The notes under the pieces were generated by a model. It was not told where the DNA came from and ran no database searches. It saw only the letters and a program-made list of their open reading frames with translations. Of a stretch of DNA of 64,000 nt, positions 19,834 to 30,745 are shown one piece after another; positions within the stretch are counted from its first letter, which is position 1; each line of letters opens with the position of its first letter. The position numbers and the translations under genes were made by a program. Source of the stretch: a virus; the IMG/VR virus record IMGVR_UViG_3300037553_000311, positions 28,685 to 92,684 of that record, one strand, 5' to 3'.

Positions 19834-21438
19834 ATGCCTACATTAGATACGTTAATACCAGAAAGTGCTAAACAGATAGTTAATCCTATCTCAGAATTGA
19901 TAAGTAGACGAATCATACGTTCATTAGGTTTGACAGAATTATTTAAGGGTAACCTATTTATCTATACTACCGGAAACGATTCATCTAAATTTAAAGATAG
20001 CTCTGGTAATGTTAGAGTCTCTAAGAATAGATGTGATGTCACAGTAGAGCCTAATTATAATCCTAACGATACAATCTTTGATACGTTTACTACTAAAGAT
20101 AAAGATATCCACATGGGTTCTAATAGAGGTCTATTTGGAGAAACTCCAATATTGCGAGATAAGCGACCTAATGTATATCTCTATGAAGTATCTGTACCAT
20201 GCTCAGTTGAGCTCAAATTCAAGATGAAACTCAAATCAGTAGAACTAGCTGACCTAGTATCTACATCGATATATGCTAAAGCGATGTCATCATCTACTAT
20301 ATATAATTACAACGATGTGGAGTATAATTACCCACTAGCTGATAGACTCATCATGATGCTATATAAGGTATATAAGTTACAGGATGATTTAACTATGACA
20401 TTCCAAGAGTATCTCAAGATAGCTAGTGGTGATGCTATTAGAATATTAGTAAATAGACATCAGCTAGACTCTGGTAATAAGGAGCTAGTGATATATCGAG
20501 AGATGACTAATGTATTAGGAGTACTAGATTACTCAGCAGATCCACCAGATGAAGATGAGCGTAATAATAAAGTAGTAGATAGGTACTCAGTGGAGTTTAA
20601 CTATAAGTTCCAATTTAGTAAACCATCACTACTACGTTTGAAGTTCCCAATTATGATAAATAATCAGTTATTCGGTAGCTCATTGATAAAGAAAGCATAT
20701 ACACATAATGATCCAGATAAGGTAAGGACACATCCTAATTCGGTCATCAATGAATTCTTTATGAGTAAGAATCAAGTAGTGAGTTTAAAGAAAGCATATC
20801 CTCTCACTAGGTATCCAGATTACGATGATTGGAATCATACTCCAGCTATGCATCATCGTTACGCTAATCAATATCAGTCAGTATTTAAAGGTATCCTAGC
20901 TGTAGAGGTAGATCCTAATGATGCAACATTATCATTAGGTGTAGATATACCTAATGACATCTACCCACTATTACCTACTGAATTAGCTAATGCTATAGAT
21001 GAATTAACTACATTAGAAGATAAGATCAATGTCTTAAAGCGTGAGAGTATATTCAACATAGCTATCTTTAGTAATGATAATCTCATGACTTATGATAATA
21101 TCAATATCACTGATGATCTAGTCTTATCTGTAATAGACAGAATATCAATTACTAAGGTATATCGGATAGTGATATCACTCGTAGTAGATATTACTATACT
21201 AGATGCTAAGTATATATATTACATGTTAAACAACCCAGACTACTATGTCAGTTATCTTGAATATTTCGCTCAGTATCTGGAACGTCATGGGTACATTACC
21301 ATCACTAATAATAGTATCACTGGGGACGAACAGCTATATCTACCAGCTACATATCAACAAGGTCCTACATTAGGAGCTCGTCATGGATATGGTAGATCGA
21401 TAGTACTAAATAATATTACAATAAACACCAGTAGATAG
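19834..21438 (+). CDS. Virion structural protein (phiKZ gp98-like, tentative)
   Basis: AGGAG RBS before the ATG at 19834; first gene of a conserved four-gene block. Confidence 0.6.
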   Translation: MPTLDTLIPESAKQIVNPISELISRRIIRSLGLTELFKGNLFIYTTGNDSSKFKDSSGNVRVSKNRCDVTVEPNYNPNDTIFDTFTTKDKDIHMGSNRGLFGETPILRDKRPNVYLYEVSVPCSVELKFKMKLKSVELADLVSTSIYAKAMSSSTIYNYNDVEYNYPLADRLIMMLYKVYKLQDDLTMTFQEYLKIASGDAIRILVNRHQLDSGNKELVIYREMTNVLGVLDYSADPPDEDERNNKVVDRYSVEFNYKFQFSKPSLLRLKFPIMINNQLFGSSLIKKAYTHNDPDKVRTHPNSVINEFFMSKNQVVSLKKAYPLTRYPDYDDWNHTPAMHHRYANQYQSVFKGILAVEVDPNDATLSLGVDIPNDIYPLLPTELANAIDELTTLEDKINVLKRESIFNIAIFSNDNLMTYDNINITDDLVLSVIDRISITKVYRIVISLVVDITILDAKYIYYMLNNPDYYVSYLEYFAQYLERHGYITITNNSITGDEQLYLPATYQQGPTLGARHGYGRSIVLNNITINTSR

Positions 21439-21446
21439 GAGAGCAT

Positions 21447-22910
21447 ATGCCATTAGTAAAATTGACAGATAGAGATGATCCATCTACCAGATTAGGATCT
21501 AGTCAGCAAGTGATAGAATCTAAACACATAGATACCGCAGTAAAGAATACATTCATTAATCGAACAGCTATATCTCCTGATACATATGGAGATATATTTG
21601 GCGCAATATTGACATACCCAGAAGGAGTAGAAGTCACTGTAGAGTATTATAAGCGTAGAATACCATATATCAATAAGCAAACTGGAGATCACAGTTTCTC
21701 ATTAGAACGAGCTGCTGTACATTCTAGCTATGACTTAATTAAACAGCTACAATTCAGGATAAAGGATGAGTTAAATATAGAGATAGATCCTAATAGTACT
21801 GAGACTAAAATAGATGGTGAATGTATCATGTATCCTGGTCTCTCACCTAACGTAGGAGATATATTTTACCTCAATCTACCAGATGATAATATCGGCGTAT
21901 TCATAGTAGATCTAGTAACACCATTATCTATTAGGAAAGGTACTAATTACCTTATCAACTTTCACCTATATGCATTCTTAGATGACACTATTCATGATAA
22001 GCTTGAATCATCTGTAGTAGATGTATTATACTTTGATAAGCAGAAGTACTTTGATGAGAATGTTACCTTACTCAGTGATGACTCATATCATCAGCTAGTA
22101 AAACTCAAGAATACTAGATCTAAGCTAATCAATCTCATGATGTCTCAGTTTCATGATACATATGAGAAGACATTGATACGATCAGATACGTTATATGATC
22201 CATACCTGGTAAAGTTCATGACTGATAAAGTATCAGTACATGATACTAAGAGGGATATATGTCAAATAGCTCCTACTTACTTAGATATATTCCCTAATAC
22301 TATCTGGTCAGCTCTCATTGATAATAGTCTTACTCACCTAGATATCACATCACATCGATATGTGAAGTATAACTTTTACCTATGGGATGTAACTATATCT
22401 AATCTAGATGAACAACCAATAGTATTCTTACATGGTGAAGACTTTAAAGAGAAAGAAGATAGGATACAGGATATCGGATTTGCAGATAGACCAGTGACAG
22501 ATAAGTACTTAAGTTATCATTTCTCATCTAACCTGTACTATGCACTGATTCATGCATTTGAGACATCTCCTATAACTAATATATCAGATCATTTAGGTGA
22601 TATAGATAGTGATACACGATATACTAATCACCTCTATGATACTGCATATTCATTAGTAACTAAACAGTATGAGCCATTAGAGTACTTTTATACATGTGGT
22701 ATCACATTAGGATCTAATAACGATATAGGCTTATCTGAGTTTGAATACCTCATATATGATAAGCTGATTAATGATAATGTAGATATTCCATTCTTAGTAG
22801 ATGATGTACTCAGTACTTTCCCGTTTACTCATCTCACTGATAATGATAAATTCTACTATATCCCAGTACTGATACATCTATCTGATGTAGCTATACGTAG
22901 ACTAACATAA
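21447..22910 (+). CDS. Virion structural protein (phiKZ gp99-like, tentative)
   Basis: EG...TVEYY and YPG..PNVGDIF.......G.F.V motifs recalled from phiKZ-like virion proteins. Confidence 0.6.
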   Translation: MPLVKLTDRDDPSTRLGSSQQVIESKHIDTAVKNTFINRTAISPDTYGDIFGAILTYPEGVEVTVEYYKRRIPYINKQTGDHSFSLERAAVHSSYDLIKQLQFRIKDELNIEIDPNSTETKIDGECIMYPGLSPNVGDIFYLNLPDDNIGVFIVDLVTPLSIRKGTNYLINFHLYAFLDDTIHDKLESSVVDVLYFDKQKYFDENVTLLSDDSYHQLVKLKNTRSKLINLMMSQFHDTYEKTLIRSDTLYDPYLVKFMTDKVSVHDTKRDICQIAPTYLDIFPNTIWSALIDNSLTHLDITSHRYVKYNFYLWDVTISNLDEQPIVFLHGEDFKEKEDRIQDIGFADRPVTDKYLSYHFSSNLYYALIHAFETSPITNISDHLGDIDSDTRYTNHLYDTAYSLVTKQYEPLEYFYTCGITLGSNNDIGLSEFEYLIYDKLINDNVDIPFLVDDVLSTFPFTHLTDNDKFYYIPVLIHLSDVAIRRLT

Positions 22911-22920
22911 GGAGGAGATC

Positions 22921-23364
22921 ATGGGTTATTATGGTCACGATATTCATACCACATTGAGTGGTTTTATTAATGGAGTACCTTATCCATGCGAACTACCTCT
23001 ATATTACTTTGATGATCTAGAAAGTATGACTAATGGTAAGATAAAGAATGTATCTAAGGTAGATGTAGATGCTAGAGTCAGATCTAGAGTCACTATATCA
23101 GCTATGATAGATATGGTCGATAGGACTATACCATTTAGGATACTCAAAGATGATGATATCATCACTATATATGAGTACCTCAATGAGTATGTACATGAGA
23201 TGGATAAGTATCTTGATGTACCTGATGTAGCTGACTACTCTAGGAAGTCTAAGGTATTTGTAACTATGCTTAAGCGATCTATCCGTATCATATCTAAGTA
23301 TAATAAGAGAGCTAAAGCTATCTACCTGGATGAAACCTTTATGCAAAAGATGCTAGGTAAATGA
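22921..23364 (+). CDS. Hypothetical protein in the virion block
   Basis: AGGAGG RBS; tightly coupled to its neighbours. Confidence 0.7.
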   Translation: MGYYGHDIHTTLSGFINGVPYPCELPLYYFDDLESMTNGKIKNVSKVDVDARVRSRVTISAMIDMVDRTIPFRILKDDDIITIYEYLNEYVHEMDKYLDVPDVADYSRKSKVFVTMLKRSIRIISKYNKRAKAIYLDETFMQKMLGK

Positions 23365-23371
23365 GGTCATT

Positions 23372-24718
23372 ATGTTATTAGCAACTAGTATGTTAGTAGA
23401 GCAGTTAAATCGTATCATCGGTATTGATAGATCTAACATATACTCTATGAACTTGACACTAAAGAACTATGATGATCCAGAGTTCATAATAGATAAGATA
23501 GTAGTAGACAAACTAAGACATAAGCAATTGTTCAATGTCAACGTAACTGATGATATACAAGTCACTGCTAACCTATTCCCAGATGATTTATTAAAGATAG
23601 TGAATCTACAATCTAACCTCTATGCTGAGATAGTAATCGAATATGTAGATAGAGATACATTCGATATCATACTGGAAGAAGAACCTAAGATATATAGATA
23701 TGGTGTATTTATCCATGAGCTAGAAGATATATCAAAACGCATCGGTATCCAAGGATTGACTCAAGTTAATAAAGGTGCTGAAAAAGATCTCACTAAGGGC
23801 TCTCATGTATCTAGGACATACCCTATCAATTTCCAACTCATATCGGAGACGAACTACGCAGTAAATAAACAAATGTTTAATGGACTCATCACTGATATCA
23901 CAATGAGTAAAGCTATAATGTATATAGCGTCAGTACTAGGTATCAAAAAGATCAACATGATCCCACCACATAACACTACTCAATATAAGCATATCCATAT
24001 ACCACCAAATATGAGTTCATATAAAGTCATATTTGATTACTTGCAAACTAAGTTCGGTATCTATGATAAAGGATTATCATACTACTACACTGACGAAGTA
24101 CTCTACCTCTATCCAGCATATGATACTGAAATAGAGAGACCTGATAAGCTAAAGATAGTCAAAGTGAGTCCTAGTACATATAGTGGACTCAATAACTATC
24201 ATGACCTACAAGGTAAAGTACTCACTATCGTATCTAATACTGACATAGAACATACTACCATGTCTAATGTAGCTATGGAGAATGAAGGATCTAATAAAGT
24301 ATATGCATCATCAGATAGGATGCTAGATGGTCAAGTAGATCCAAAGACCATGACTATAAGTGATACTTGTCTAACTATATCTAATAATAAATCTCACTCC
24401 ATAGTGAAGAACTCAGCTATACCTTCATATGAAGAACCCACTAATAACATCTTCACTAAGTTATCTAGTCTAGCTATGGGTAATGCTGAAATGATTACGC
24501 TAGGGTGGAACATGGCTAGGTTATATATGTTAAAACCTGGTACACCGATCGAGTATATCTATGATGGTGAAGATCAAGTCATGATGAAATCTGGTATATT
24601 AGAAGCTATCACATATACTACAATGCTACAGTTACGTAAGAATGATCAATTTGTATATACTACTCTAGCTACACTGATGGTGCGATTAAGTACCGATAGT
24701 GAAGTATACATTGCATAA
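23372..24718 (+). CDS. Putative baseplate hub-like virion protein (phiKZ gp101-like, tentative)
   Basis: Y.HIHIPP...YLQ..FGIY..G..YY....LYLYP pattern and C-terminal LKPG.P. Confidence 0.55.
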   Translation: MLLATSMLVEQLNRIIGIDRSNIYSMNLTLKNYDDPEFIIDKIVVDKLRHKQLFNVNVTDDIQVTANLFPDDLLKIVNLQSNLYAEIVIEYVDRDTFDIILEEEPKIYRYGVFIHELEDISKRIGIQGLTQVNKGAEKDLTKGSHVSRTYPINFQLISETNYAVNKQMFNGLITDITMSKAIMYIASVLGIKKINMIPPHNTTQYKHIHIPPNMSSYKVIFDYLQTKFGIYDKGLSYYYTDEVLYLYPAYDTEIERPDKLKIVKVSPSTYSGLNNYHDLQGKVLTIVSNTDIEHTTMSNVAMENEGSNKVYASSDRMLDGQVDPKTMTISDTCLTISNNKSHSIVKNSAIPSYEEPTNNIFTKLSSLAMGNAEMITLGWNMARLYMLKPGTPIEYIYDGEDQVMMKSGILEAITYTTMLQLRKNDQFVYTTLATLMVRLSTDSEVYIA

Positions 24719-24723
24719 GCACT

Positions 24724-24758
24724 CATCCATAGCATACCTATCTGGTATGCTATGGATG
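24724..24758. terminator. CATAGCATACC hairpin between convergent genes
   Basis: catccatagcatacc-tatct-ggtatgctatggatg. Confidence 0.8.
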
Positions 24759-24765
24759 ATGTATA

Positions 24766-25929
24766 TTACATAATTAGTGAATCTAACTTCTCTTTTATCC
24801 TATCTCTAATGAATGGGTTACTTGTAGATTGCCAAAACTTAGTATTGAGTAACCTACCTATCTCTATCTCTAATATCTTCTTTAACTGTTCAGATCTAGT
24901 AGCACCTGGTTGTAACTTATATATATTCACTAGTAATGATAGTATCGGATACTGTTGGATGAAATTGAGATAATAATACTGACGATTAGTATTGAGTACG
25001 TAATGATCATCTCTCATATTTTGTATCTCAGCTAATAGACTAGTACCATGTCCTACCAGTAATGAGTTCACTAACTGATCTGGTTTCATAGTACCCGATA
25101 TGACATTATCTATGAGTAGAGTGACTTCGTCTATAGCTTTATCTATATTAGCTCTAGCAAAGAAAGTCCTATCGCCATAGATGAGTTTACACTTATCAAA
25201 TATGTAATCCTTATCTATAAGCTTACCGAGTACTATATCTTCTATTATATTAATAAACCACCTCTTAGATACATCATATAAGATAGGTAATATGCAATAT
25301 GAATATATGAATGGGTAGTTATTAGATGTGATATCCTTATTATTCTTATTCAGTATCTTATACTTAGTATAGAGCATGAGTAGATCAGTCAAGTTGATTC
25401 CGAACATAGCTTCTATCGGTGGACTGATTTCATAACGTAATCTAGTAGCAGTATTATCTAACCGCATCTCAGACGTATCCATCATCAAATTACTCAATGG
25501 TCTAATCTTACCCCATGTAATCATAGAGTCACTACCTAGTGGTAATGGATCTAATATATCATACCTACTAGTGATGAGTACGTATTCAGTAGTGGACATA
25601 AACTCATTATAACAGAAAGCATTCTCTCTTATGATATCTTTCTTGATGTACTCTGAATACGCTGGTCCAGATAGTTCCTTCTGGATACGTACAAATCGCT
25701 CCATGTCATTATTAAACTTAGTCAAGTGACGTATATCAGCTCTCACTATTAAGCTATTGATAATATCTATACCTTTAGATGGTATCGGATCAGTAATCGT
25801 CCTAGCATTACGTCTTATTATATTAGTAACGCCTTTGTGTAAATGACTTAGATACTTTTCAGTCCTTGGTAGCTTAATGACACCGACACCTGATATCTTA
25901 CTTAAAAAGCGTTTTAATGTAATGAGCAT
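24766..25929 (-). CDS. Conserved hypothetical protein divergent from the chimallin operon
   Basis: Long ORF with an AAGGA RBS before the ATG at 25929. Confidence 0.7.
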   Translation of the reverse strand: MLITLKRFLSKISGVGVIKLPRTEKYLSHLHKGVTNIIRRNARTITDPIPSKGIDIINSLIVRADIRHLTKFNNDMERFVRIQKELSGPAYSEYIKKDIIRENAFCYNEFMSTTEYVLITSRYDILDPLPLGSDSMITWGKIRPLSNLMMDTSEMRLDNTATRLRYEISPPIEAMFGINLTDLLMLYTKYKILNKNNKDITSNNYPFIYSYCILPILYDVSKRWFINIIEDIVLGKLIDKDYIFDKCKLIYGDRTFFARANIDKAIDEVTLLIDNVISGTMKPDQLVNSLLVGHGTSLLAEIQNMRDDHYVLNTNRQYYYLNFIQQYPILSLLVNIYKLQPGATRSEQLKKILEIEIGRLLNTKFWQSTSNPFIRDRIKEKLDSLIM

Positions 25930-26086
25930 GATGTTATATCCTTTAGTTATGTAGTAATAGGTCATCCTAATACTATAGTATCGCATCTAGTATAATAGTC
26001 TACATATGAGTAGTAACTTATTTACCCTACTGATGTATTCATGTAAATCTGGTAATATTATAGCTGACATAAGATCAGTCACTATT

Positions 26087-26109
26087 TCAGGTATATATCA
26101 CTATAGTAG
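26087..26109 (+). promoter_or_regulatory. Putative early promoter of the chimallin operon
   Basis: tcaggtatatatcactatagtag followed by leader hairpin units. Confidence 0.7.
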
Positions 26110-26249
26110 ATATACATCAGATACTACTTTGATGTACCTCCACTGATCTAGCGATTAGTAGATATACATCAGATACTACTTTGATGCACATTTATCTTAA
26201 CCAAGTACATGGTATGACATCATGTACACATATTAAATAGGAGATCATA

Positions 26250-26447
26250 ATGATTGAAACATTCAGGTACGAAAAGAATAATCATCAACCAATTAGAGTA
26301 CTCGGTAATATAAATGACCAAGTCGAGTATATGGATGAAAGCGCTATAGATTCTCATACACGTATATATCACTTTGGTGACAATATGTCTATCATTGATG
26401 CTATGGGTGAATCACGAGAGTATTTCGGTAGCACTTTTGTAGTTTAG
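26250..26447 (+). CDS. Small hypothetical early protein
   Basis: AGGAG RBS; first ORF after the promoter. Confidence 0.6.
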   Translation: MIETFRYEKNNHQPIRVLGNINDQVEYMDESAIDSHTRIYHFGDNMSIIDAMGESREYFGSTFVV

Positions 26448-26574
26448 TAATGTAACATAATAAGTGTATACTATATTATGAAACCCTTGGTATACTACAT
26501 TAGTAGTTACCAAATGGTATAAATACCGTATGTCACATAATCGTGACTAATATATTATCCTAAGGAGGATATCC

Positions 26575-28146
26575 ATGCCAGTAATCGAAAGTGTAAAAGA
26601 TCAAGAAGTAGGTAATCCAGTATCTGGTACTATCAATGAGCGCCCAGCAGCTCCAACGATTGGTGACATCATGAGTATTCATGGTATCAGAGGAGGTCAG
26701 TCTCAAGAAGCCTCTGAATATATCGATCGTATCAAGAAAGCTGTACAAGCTTTCACCACTACTGAGAAAGTACAAGTACGACGTCTCGGTAATGATGAAA
26801 ACATTACCGTGTTTACAGTAGGTAAAGATTCAGTGATCCTCAGGACAGATTCTGAAGTAGTATCTAATCTCAATGAACTATTAGTAGAAGCTGATCTTCA
26901 GCGTGTCTATAAAGAGTTCAAAGCGATTTACCCTGAGAATCAGTTAATCAACATCATCGCATGTAATAAGTACATGTACGGGAAAGCTTCCCAGATGACT
27001 ACTTACATTAAAGAATTATTACATACTCGTAACTCTGAGTTCATTAAGAACTTCACAGTGAAATCATTCACTCGTAAGTATAAGCTCGAAATCGATACTG
27101 ATGTAACTGCCGTGAAACAGTATCTTGAGATGAATAGCCCTAATGCTACACGTACTGTAGACTTCGGGTTCACAGCATCAGTAGTAGATAATGAGCAAGA
27201 TAGTAGTGGTGGATATCAGAAGCGTGAACCTATCTTCGCTGTCAGTGGATATGTAGACTTTGTTGAGATCGCTCAAAGTAGCGGATATATCGCTGGTTTC
27301 AGCACAGGACCAAGTCGATTCCAACCGATAATTCACGTGACTGAAATCTGTAGTACTATCGTATCATCTAAGATACTTGCACTCGCTATCCCATTAGCAG
27401 CAGAGATCTTTGTCAATCGGGAATTGTGGAAGACACCATTCCTCACGCTTGGACGTACTGATATCAATATCGGTAATCTTCTTCTTGATCCAGAGAAGAA
27501 TACTCCATATAAAGCAAAGACAGCTACTGATATCGCTCGTACATTTACTAATATCGAACCACCATTATTCACAGTAGATGTAATCAGTGGAGCTGCTGGT
27601 CTTCCTGGTCTGAATCGTTTCACTAACCCAGATCGTCATCACCTTATCTCTCAAGATATTGCTGACTTCTTGGATACAGATGAAAGAGGAATTCTCCCAT
27701 CAGATGGAAAAGCAGTATCCTATAATGTCGATCGTGAGATTGTAGGTATCGTGGAATCAGCTAAAGGTCTCAAAGGTGCTTCGTTATTAGACACTAGAGA
27801 TATCAGTTACCTATTCGCTACATCTCTCTTGGGATATAGTGATAAGATACGCCACCTCATGCGTGGTAGTAGTGATCCAATTGCCAAATATGAACTCATC
27901 AAAGAGATCATCGGTGAAGTAATCCCTACAGGTCTCAATACGATCGCATTGATCAATGGTGATTTTATCACTAAGATAGCTGTCATCATCTCATCTAAGA
28001 TCGACATCGTATTACCGACTAACAATACTGCTCAGCAGATAGATATCTCCAAATACACTGATCTCACTTACAATGGTGTAAGTACGTTCAGTACATCTAA
28101 CAATAGTAATATGAACTTTCAGCAAGGTAGTTATACCAGCTACTAA
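26575..28146 (+). CDS. chmA: Chimallin (phage nuclear shell protein) candidate
   Basis: Strong AAGGAGG RBS and early promoter. It is the core gene preceding the nvRNAP beta-prime N-terminal gene. F.P.I.VT.I...LAL...W..PF....INIGNL resembles recalled chimallin motifs. Confidence 0.65.
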   Translation: MPVIESVKDQEVGNPVSGTINERPAAPTIGDIMSIHGIRGGQSQEASEYIDRIKKAVQAFTTTEKVQVRRLGNDENITVFTVGKDSVILRTDSEVVSNLNELLVEADLQRVYKEFKAIYPENQLINIIACNKYMYGKASQMTTYIKELLHTRNSEFIKNFTVKSFTRKYKLEIDTDVTAVKQYLEMNSPNATRTVDFGFTASVVDNEQDSSGGYQKREPIFAVSGYVDFVEIAQSSGYIAGFSTGPSRFQPIIHVTEICSTIVSSKILALAIPLAAEIFVNRELWKTPFLTLGRTDINIGNLLLDPEKNTPYKAKTATDIARTFTNIEPPLFTVDVISGAAGLPGLNRFTNPDRHHLISQDIADFLDTDERGILPSDGKAVSYNVDREIVGIVESAKGLKGASLLDTRDISYLFATSLLGYSDKIRHLMRGSSDPIAKYELIKEIIGEVIPTGLNTIALINGDFITKIAVIISSKIDIVLPTNNTAQQIDISKYTDLTYNGVSTFSTSNNSNMNFQQGSYTSY

Positions 28147-28165
28147 TCATCCTAAGTCTATCATC

Positions 28166-28199
28166 CTCCATAGCATACCTATCTAGGTATGCTATGGAG
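28166..28199. terminator. CATAGCATACC hairpin
   Basis: Perfect stem after the chimallin candidate. Confidence 0.8.
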
Positions 28200-28325
28200 C
28201 ATTTAGTGTGTCATGTAGCTTCTCTTTTTATGCACTCTTAGGAGTAGCAATAAGTATCTACTACTCCTAAGAGTGTAGTTCATCAGTAGCTTACTATTTC
28301 AGGAGGAATGTGTCCTCACTACATC

Positions 28326-28348
28326 TCAGGTATATATTACCATAGTAG
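28326..28348 (+). promoter_or_regulatory. Putative early promoter
   Basis: tcaggtaTATATTACcatagtag-type motif. Confidence 0.7.
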
Positions 28349-28462
28349 ATGTACATCAGATACTACTTGATGTACATCTACTGATCTAGTAATGAGATAA
28401 CGTATAGAATAATCTATACACATGCTAAAAGTCAGATATCTGACATGATACCTTAGGAGGGT

Positions 28463-29578
28463 ATGAATATGAAAGTAAGTAATGAAGTAATTATTACCGA
28501 TGGATGTGATTTCGATAAAGCAGCTATAGACACCGCTGGTAATATCATCTGCATTGGCACTGTCAGATCGGAAGAATCTGATACTAACTTTCCACTAATA
28601 GTTAAGTATGATGTCAATGGTGATATCATACTTAAGAAGATGTATTATGATATTAATTTAGATAAGATCCGTGGAGTAACCACTGATTCTAATGGAGACA
28701 TCATCTGCATTGGCACTGTCAGATCGGAAGAATCTGATACTAAATATCCATTAATAGTTAAGTTTGATACTAATCTTAATGTACTAGCTAAGATGATATG
28801 TGATACTGGTGATGATTGGTTCAATAAAGTTACCACAGATGCTAATGACAATATCATCTTAGCTGGATGTGCTCTCTCAGAAGAAATTAGTGGTATTGAT
28901 GCATTAGTGGTTAAGTATGACCCTAATCTCAATATACTAGCTAGAAAAACATATGGCGATGGTGGTGAGGAATTTAACCAAGTAACCACTGATTCTAGTG
29001 GTAATGTCATATGTGTTGGATGGACAAATTCAGAAAGAATTGGTACTAATGCCGATGCATTAGTGGTCAAATTTGACAATGACCTTAACATAATTACTAG
29101 TAATACATATGATGATACCGATATTGATTGGTTCTATGGTGTAGCTATAGATTCCAATAACAACATCATATGTGTTGGACATACTAGCTCAGGTAGTACG
29201 TCAGGAGCTGATTGTTATGATGCATTAGTGGTTAAGTATGACACTAATCTTAACATGCTAGCTGATACGATATATAGTGGTATTGGTAATGATTGGTTCG
29301 ATGCAGTAATCACTGATTCTAGTGGTAATGTCATATGTATTGGATGTACTGATTCAGGTAGTACGTCAGCAGCTGGTAATTATGACATGCTAGTGTCGAA
29401 GTATGACGCTGATCTCAATGTATTAGATAGTAATACATATGGTGATACTAGTAGTGATGAATTATATGCAGTAGCTACTAATCATAACGGTGATATAGTA
29501 TGTGTTGGAGATACATTATCAGATAGTACGTCAGGACCTAGTAATTATGTTATACGAGTAGTAAAGTTCACTAGCTGA
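28463..29578 (+). CDS. Beta-propeller repeat protein (paralog family)
   Basis: Seven about 53-aa repeats. Confidence 0.85.
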   Translation: MNMKVSNEVIITDGCDFDKAAIDTAGNIICIGTVRSEESDTNFPLIVKYDVNGDIILKKMYYDINLDKIRGVTTDSNGDIICIGTVRSEESDTKYPLIVKFDTNLNVLAKMICDTGDDWFNKVTTDANDNIILAGCALSEEISGIDALVVKYDPNLNILARKTYGDGGEEFNQVTTDSSGNVICVGWTNSERIGTNADALVVKFDNDLNIITSNTYDDTDIDWFYGVAIDSNNNIICVGHTSSGSTSGADCYDALVVKYDTNLNMLADTIYSGIGNDWFDAVITDSSGNVICIGCTDSGSTSAAGNYDMLVSKYDADLNVLDSNTYGDTSSDELYAVATNHNGDIVCVGDTLSDSTSGPSNYVIRVVKFTS

Positions 29579-29600
29579 GATCATACATGATCTAAACATT

Positions 29601-29646
29601 CCCATAGCATACCGATATCAGGTATGCTATGGGTTTATTATTTTTT
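29601..29646 (+). terminator. CATAGCATACC hairpin plus T tract
   Basis: Loop gatatca. Confidence 0.8.
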
Positions 29647-29715
29647 ATGCACTCTGAACATGAGTAGATATCTTTACTTACTCTCAAGAGTGAATCCATC
29701 TAATATACTACTATT

Positions 29716-29738
29716 TCAAGTATATATCATTATAGTAG
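29716..29738 (+). promoter_or_regulatory. Putative early promoter
   Basis: tcaagtatatatcattatagtag. Confidence 0.65.
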
Positions 29739-29900
29739 AAGGTATCAGCTACTACTTGATACCTACCACTGATCTTCGATTAGTAGTAAGTATCAGATAC
29801 TACTTTGATGTACATCTACTAATCTAGCGAATATATAGCGTATAGAATAATCTATACGTACACTAAACGTCAGATATATGACACGATACCTTAGGAGGGT

Positions 29901-30605
29901 ATGAATATGGAAGTAAGTAATGAAGTAATGAATATATATGGTAATGATGGAGATCAATTCGATAAAGCAGCTATAGACACCGCTGGTAATATCATCTGCA
30001 TTGGACATGTTAAATCAGAAGGATCTGATACTAAATATCCATTAGTAGTTAAGTATGATACTAATCTTAATGTACTATTTAAGAAGATGTATTATGATAT
30101 TAATTTGGATGAGTTCCGTGGAGTAACTACGGATTCTAGTGGTAATATCATCTGCATTGGATGGACTGTCTCAGAAGAAACTGATTCTGATGTTGCAGTG
30201 GTAGTCAAGTTCGATACTAATCTTAACATAATCGCTAAGAGAATATATGGTGATAGTGGTGGTGATTGGTTCAATGGAGTAGCTACTGACTCTAGTGGTA
30301 ATGTCATCTGTGTTGGACATACTACCCCAGGTAGTACGTCAGGAGCTGGTAGTTATGATGCATTAGTAGTCAAGTTCGATACTAATCTTAACATAATCGC
30401 TAAGAGAATATATAGTGATAGTGGAGATAGTGGTGATGAATTTGACCAAGTAACTACTGACTCTAATGATAATGTCATCTGTGTTGGATGGACTGATTCA
30501 GAAGGAGCTGGTAGTTCTGAATATCCTAATCGTGTAGATGCATTAATAGTGAAGTATGATAGTGATCTTGATATACATTGGACGTACTCATTCAGAAGTA
30601 TCTAG
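29901..30605 (+). CDS. Beta-propeller repeat protein, four repeats
   Basis: Same repeat family. Confidence 0.8.
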   Translation: MNMEVSNEVMNIYGNDGDQFDKAAIDTAGNIICIGHVKSEGSDTKYPLVVKYDTNLNVLFKKMYYDINLDEFRGVTTDSSGNIICIGWTVSEETDSDVAVVVKFDTNLNIIAKRIYGDSGGDWFNGVATDSSGNVICVGHTTPGSTSGAGSYDALVVKFDTNLNIIAKRIYSDSGDSGDEFDQVTTDSNDNVICVGWTDSEGAGSSEYPNRVDALIVKYDSDLDIHWTYSFRSI

Positions 30606-30631
30606 TAGTGATGATACATGATCTAAACATA

Positions 30632-30676
30632 CCCATAGCATACCTGATATCGGTATGCTATGGGAATATTATTTTT
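30632..30676 (+). terminator. CATAGCATACC hairpin plus T tract
   Basis: Loop tgatatc, the reverse complement of the 29601 loop. Confidence 0.8.
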
Positions 30677-30745
30677 ATGCACTCTGAACATGAGCAAACA
30701 TCTTTACCTACTCTCAAGAGTGAATCCATCTAATATACTACTATC

